Under the pieces are notes generated by a model. The model searched no databases. It was not told the DNA's origin and saw only the letters and a program-made list of their open reading frames with translations. 64,000 nucleotides of DNA from an uncultured Actinomycetota bacterium (lineage in GTDB: Bacteria; Actinomycetota; Actinomycetes; Jiangellales; Jiangellaceae): positions 38,879 to 102,878 of the forward strand of contig CAWBXN010000003.1 of NCBI GenBank assembly GCA_963792805.1, given 5' to 3'. Positions 61,422-64,000 of the stretch are shown piece after piece. A program made the translations under genes and the position numbers. Numbering within the stretch: the stretch's first letter is position 1; the number at the start of each line of letters is the position of its first letter.

Positions 61422-62437
61422 GCAGTACTCCTCCCTGCCAGCGCCGGGTCCCGGCGGGCGATCTCGACGGCGGCATCGTGGTAGGACATGGCCCCCGGGG
61501 AGCCGGGGTCGTAGGTCATCACCGAACGTCCGAAGCTCGGCGCCTCGCTGACGCGCACGTTCCTGGGCACCGGCGTCCGCAGCACCAAGGGGCCGAAGTG
61601 CTCGCGGACCTCATGGGCCACCTGGGACGACAGGCGGGTCCGGGCGTCGTACATGGTGAGCAGGACCGCGGCCACGTGCAGCCGCGGGTTGAGCGAGTCC
61701 GACACCAGGTCGAGGGTCTGCAGCAGGGCCGAGAGCCCCTCCAACGCGTAGTACTCGCACTGCACCGGGACGACCACCTCGTGCGCGGCCACCAGGGCGT
61801 TCAGCGTGAGCAGGCCCAGCGACGGCGGGCTGTCGACGAGCACGTAGTCCGGTCTGGACGCGGTCGCGCCGGCCAGCAGGGCGGACACGGCCTCGGCCAG
61901 CCGGTACTCGCGCCGGGTTGCCGTGACGAGCTCGATCTCCGCCCCGGCCAGGTCGAGGCTGGCGGGGACGACGTCCAGCCGGCCCGGACCCGGCGCACCG
62001 CCGGCAGGTGCCGACCCAGGTCCCAGCTCAGGCGAGGCAACCGCCAGCGCGGCGAGGGGCACGCCGTCCACCAGAGCGTCGTAGACGTCGGGCCGACGCG
62101 GATCCGGCTCGATCCCGAGCGCGCTGGAGGCGTTCGCCTGCGGGTCGACATCGACCACGAGCACTCGTTGGCCGTGACCAGCCAGCGCGACCGCCAGGTT
62201 GACGACGGTGGTGGTCTTCGCCACGCCGCCCTTCTGGTTCGCCACGGTGATGACACGTGGCTCCGAGGGTCGAGGCCAAGGCTCCTGCCAGGCGCGACGC
62301 AGCCGTGCCGCGGCAAGGGAGGCCTTCGCCAGCGGGAGATCGGCGCCGGGCCCGGTGTCGCCGGCGTCGGCAGGCACCCCCACCGCCTGGTTCAGTGCCC
62401 GGAACGGGTTCGTTTCACGTGAAACATTCGTCATCAC
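61418..62437 (-). CDS. parA: chromosome partitioning ATPase ParA (Soj)
   Basis: ORF 61418..62437. Deviant Walker A NQKGGVAKTTT. The exact start is uncertain. 4-nt overlaps with both parB and rsmG. Confidence 0.95.
   Translation of the reverse strand: MMTNVSRETNPFRALNQAVGVPADAGDTGPGADLPLAKASLAAARLRRAWQEPWPRPSEPRVITVANQKGGVAKTTTVVNLAVALAGHGQRVLVVDVDPQANASSALGIEPDPRRPDVYDALVDGVPLAALAVASPELGPGSAPAGGAPGPGRLDVVPASLDLAGAEIELVTATRREYRLAEAVSALLAGATASRPDYVLVDSPPSLGLLTLNALVAAHEVVVPVQCEYYALEGLSALLQTLDLVSDSLNPRLHVAAVLLTMYDARTRLSSQVAHEVREHFGPLVLRTPVPRNVRVSEAPSFGRSVMTYDPGSPGAMSYHDAAVEIARRDPALAGRSTA
62412..62426. promoter_or_regulatory. parS centromere-like site GTTTCACGTGAAACA
   Basis: Matches the palindromic core of the consensus tGTTTCACGTGAAACa. 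Lies in the first codons of the parA ORF (encodes VSRET). Confidence 0.8.
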
Positions 62438-63060
62438 CGAGCAGCATCCACGACGACCACCGTGCTGGCCGGGACCACCACGCCGAGATCGACCAGCTGT
62501 ACCCGCACCTGCGGGTCACCCAGCCGCCGCAGGACCTCGGCCGCCTCCTCGACCTCGCGCTGCGCCGAGCTCCCCTTCAACGCGACGAGGCGTCCACCCG
62601 GCCGCAGCAGCGGCAGCGTCAACGGGAGCAGCCGCCTCAGCGGTGCCACGGCCCGCGCCACGACGACGTCGACCGAGGACGGCAGCTCCTGCTCGGCGCG
62701 TCCACGTCGGACCTGCAGACGACTCGGCGAGAGCTCAACGATCACGTCCTCGAGGAATGTGGTTCGTCGCAGCAGCGGCTCGAGCAGCGTGACGGACAGG
62801 TCCGGGCGGGCCAGCGCCAGCGGGATCCCGGGCAGACCGGCACCGGCACCGACGTCGAGGACGTCGGCGTCCGTCGGCACCACCTCGGCAACGGCAGCGC
62901 TGTTGAGCAGGTGCCGGTCCCAGAGCCGCTCGACCTCACGCGGGCCGATGACGCCCCGCAGCACCCCCTGGTCAGCCAGCAGCTCGGCATAGCGGAGGGC
63001 GGCCCGCAGCCGGGTACCGAAGACCTGCTCGGCGACCGCCGGCGGCGGGGGGGCAGCCAC
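62434..63060 (-). CDS. rsmG: 16S rRNA (guanine527-N7)-methyltransferase
   Basis: ORF 62434..63060. SAM motif VLDVGAGAGLPGIPLA. Conserved position between jag and parA. Confidence 0.95.
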   Translation of the reverse strand: MAAPPPPAVAEQVFGTRLRAALRYAELLADQGVLRGVIGPREVERLWDRHLLNSAAVAEVVPTDADVLDVGAGAGLPGIPLALARPDLSVTLLEPLLRRTTFLEDVIVELSPSRLQVRRGRAEQELPSSVDVVVARAVAPLRRLLPLTLPLLRPGGRLVALKGSSAQREVEEAAEVLRRLGDPQVRVQLVDLGVVVPASTVVVVDAAR

Positions 63061-63092
63061 GGCGGGGATGTCGATGACCGTCCCGACGTGGG

Positions 63093-63665
63093 TCAGGCGA
63101 GGTGAACGACGACGTGGCGCGTCGGCCCAGCGCCTTCGGACGCACTGCGCAGCCCTTCGGCGGCGACGGCGTCGTGCACGACCTTGCGCTCGAACGGGCT
63201 CATGGGGGCCAGTGCGACCGGTGCTCCGTCGGCCTTCACCTGCTCCACGGTTCGCCGCGCCTGCTCGGCGAGCTCGGCCCGACGGGCGAGCCGGAACCCG
63301 GCGACGTCCAGCATCAGTCGGCTGCGCTCGCCGGTCTCCCGCGCAACCGCCAGACGCGTGAGGTCCTGCAGGGCCTCCAGCACGGACCCGTCACCCCCGA
63401 CGAGGGCGTCCAACGACCGTGGGTCCTCTGGGTCTGGGACGACGGCCACCTGAGCACGGTCGCCCTCGACGTCCAGGTCGATGTCCCCGTCGAGGTCCAG
63501 GATGTCGAGCAGACCCTCGAGGTAGTCCGCGGCGACATCGCCCTCGTGCTCGAGGTCGGCGACCGGAGCATCCGGACCCTCAGGTGGCGCAGGGGCCTCT
63601 CCCGAAGCCTCCAGCGTGTCGCCAGCCTCACTCGCCTCCATGGCGTCCTCCATCACATCGCACAT
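63093..63665 (-). CDS. Jag/KhpB-like R3H RNA-binding protein
   Basis: ORF 63093..63665. Acidic N-terminus, KH-like region and C-terminal R3H segment ERKVVHDAVAAEGLRSASEGAGPTRHVVV. Confidence 0.85.
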   Translation of the reverse strand: MCDVMEDAMEASEAGDTLEASGEAPAPPEGPDAPVADLEHEGDVAADYLEGLLDILDLDGDIDLDVEGDRAQVAVVPDPEDPRSLDALVGGDGSVLEALQDLTRLAVARETGERSRLMLDVAGFRLARRAELAEQARRTVEQVKADGAPVALAPMSPFERKVVHDAVAAEGLRSASEGAGPTRHVVVHLA

Positions 63666-63686
63666 CCCAACACTGGTCGTCGGCCT

Positions 63687-64000
63687 CTAGGTCCCGGTCT
63701 TCTTGCGCTGGCTGCGCGTGGTCCGCTTCGGCTGCTGGCGCGCCGGGGCCGGCGGCGGGGTCATCTCGGTGGTCGCCACCCCCGTCGACGAGCCCCCGCC
63801 GGGCTCGCCTGGGTCCGGCAGCCCCTTGCGCTTGGCCTTCTCCTGCTGACGCCGCAGGTGGTCCCGCTCGGCCTGCGACCCGGGGGCCGGCATTCGCCGG
63901 ATGACGTAGAACTGCTGACCCATGGTCCAGACGTTCGACACGAGCCAGTAGAGGACCACGCCCAGCGGGAAGATGTAGCCGCTGAAGAGGAACATCAGTG
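63687..64000 (-). CDS. yidC: membrane protein insertase YidC (3' part only; gene continues beyond the window)
   Basis: ORF 63687..63995, frame open to the window edge. FPLGVVLYWLVSNVWTMGQQFYVIRRMP is the conserved YidC C-terminal helix, followed by a basic tail. Confidence 0.9.
   Translation of the reverse strand, partial: LMFLFSGYIFPLGVVLYWLVSNVWTMGQQFYVIRRMPAPGSQAERDHLRRQQEKAKRKGLPDPGEPGGGSSTGVATTEMTPPPAPARQQPKRTTRSQRKKTGT

Noticed and set aside
1-64000. Contractile-injection, T7SS or other export machinery that could handle the two leader-bearing proteins; also rRNA, tRNA and CRISPR loci
   Set aside because: None of the ORFs resembles sheath, tube, baseplate, EccC or EsxAB-type proteins. 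No RNA genes or spacer-repeat arrays were seen. Absence from this window says nothing about the rest of the genome.

Overview
This is a high-GC actinobacterial chromosome segment from the oriC-proximal region. All family calls come from motif recognition by eye on the ORF translations; no searches were run.

Conserved block, about 28.9-64 kb. Gene order matches, from memory, M. tuberculosis Rv0046c-Rv0058 and Rv3907c-Rv3921c:
- dnaB, rplI-rpsR-ssb-rpsF, MarR/YceI, FemAB, an alr-like gene, ponA, PadR and ino1
- an MFS transporter, cca, a NUDIX hydrolase and a large secreted protein
- murJ, a separate pseudokinase gene, SigM-like ECF sigma factor with its ZAS anti-sigma, trxB-trxA and a cwlM-like amidase
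- an aminotransferase, ddl, and parB-parA (with a parS site)-rsmG-jag-yidC

Left part, 0-21 kb:
- a DevS/DevR-like two-component pair next to dormancy-regulon-type genes (an Acg-like nitroreductase and a WS/DGAT), both preceded by the same GGGAC-N4-GACCC box
- housekeeping and accessory genes: LMW-PTP, fructosamine kinase, rocD, a VWA protein, a DyP-PCuAC operon, ABC-F and GrpB

Accessory and unusual content:
1. A DTE-motif microbial rhodopsin sits between rplI and dnaB, next to a frameshifted gene remnant.
2. A decaying island at about 21.3-28.9 kb holds a vapC remnant, Doc/RHH and BrnT/BrnA-like toxin-antitoxin pairs, an integrase killed by one in-frame TAG, an IS256-family element, and a low-GC two-gene cassette.
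3. Two otherwise unrelated proteins (15501..16067 and 26945..27946) share an N-terminal LQRxAGNRAV leader followed by unrecognisable C-terminal domains. These are my best candidates for an undescribed effector-type system.
4. yaaA reads through in frame into a DUF222/HNH (REP13E12-type) gene.
5. GrpB and the SigM-like sigma factor both encode conserved N-terminal sequence upstream of any ATG/GTG/TTG.

I found no rRNA, tRNA or CRISPR array. Many long ORFs in the track are antisense or overprinted artefacts of high GC content.
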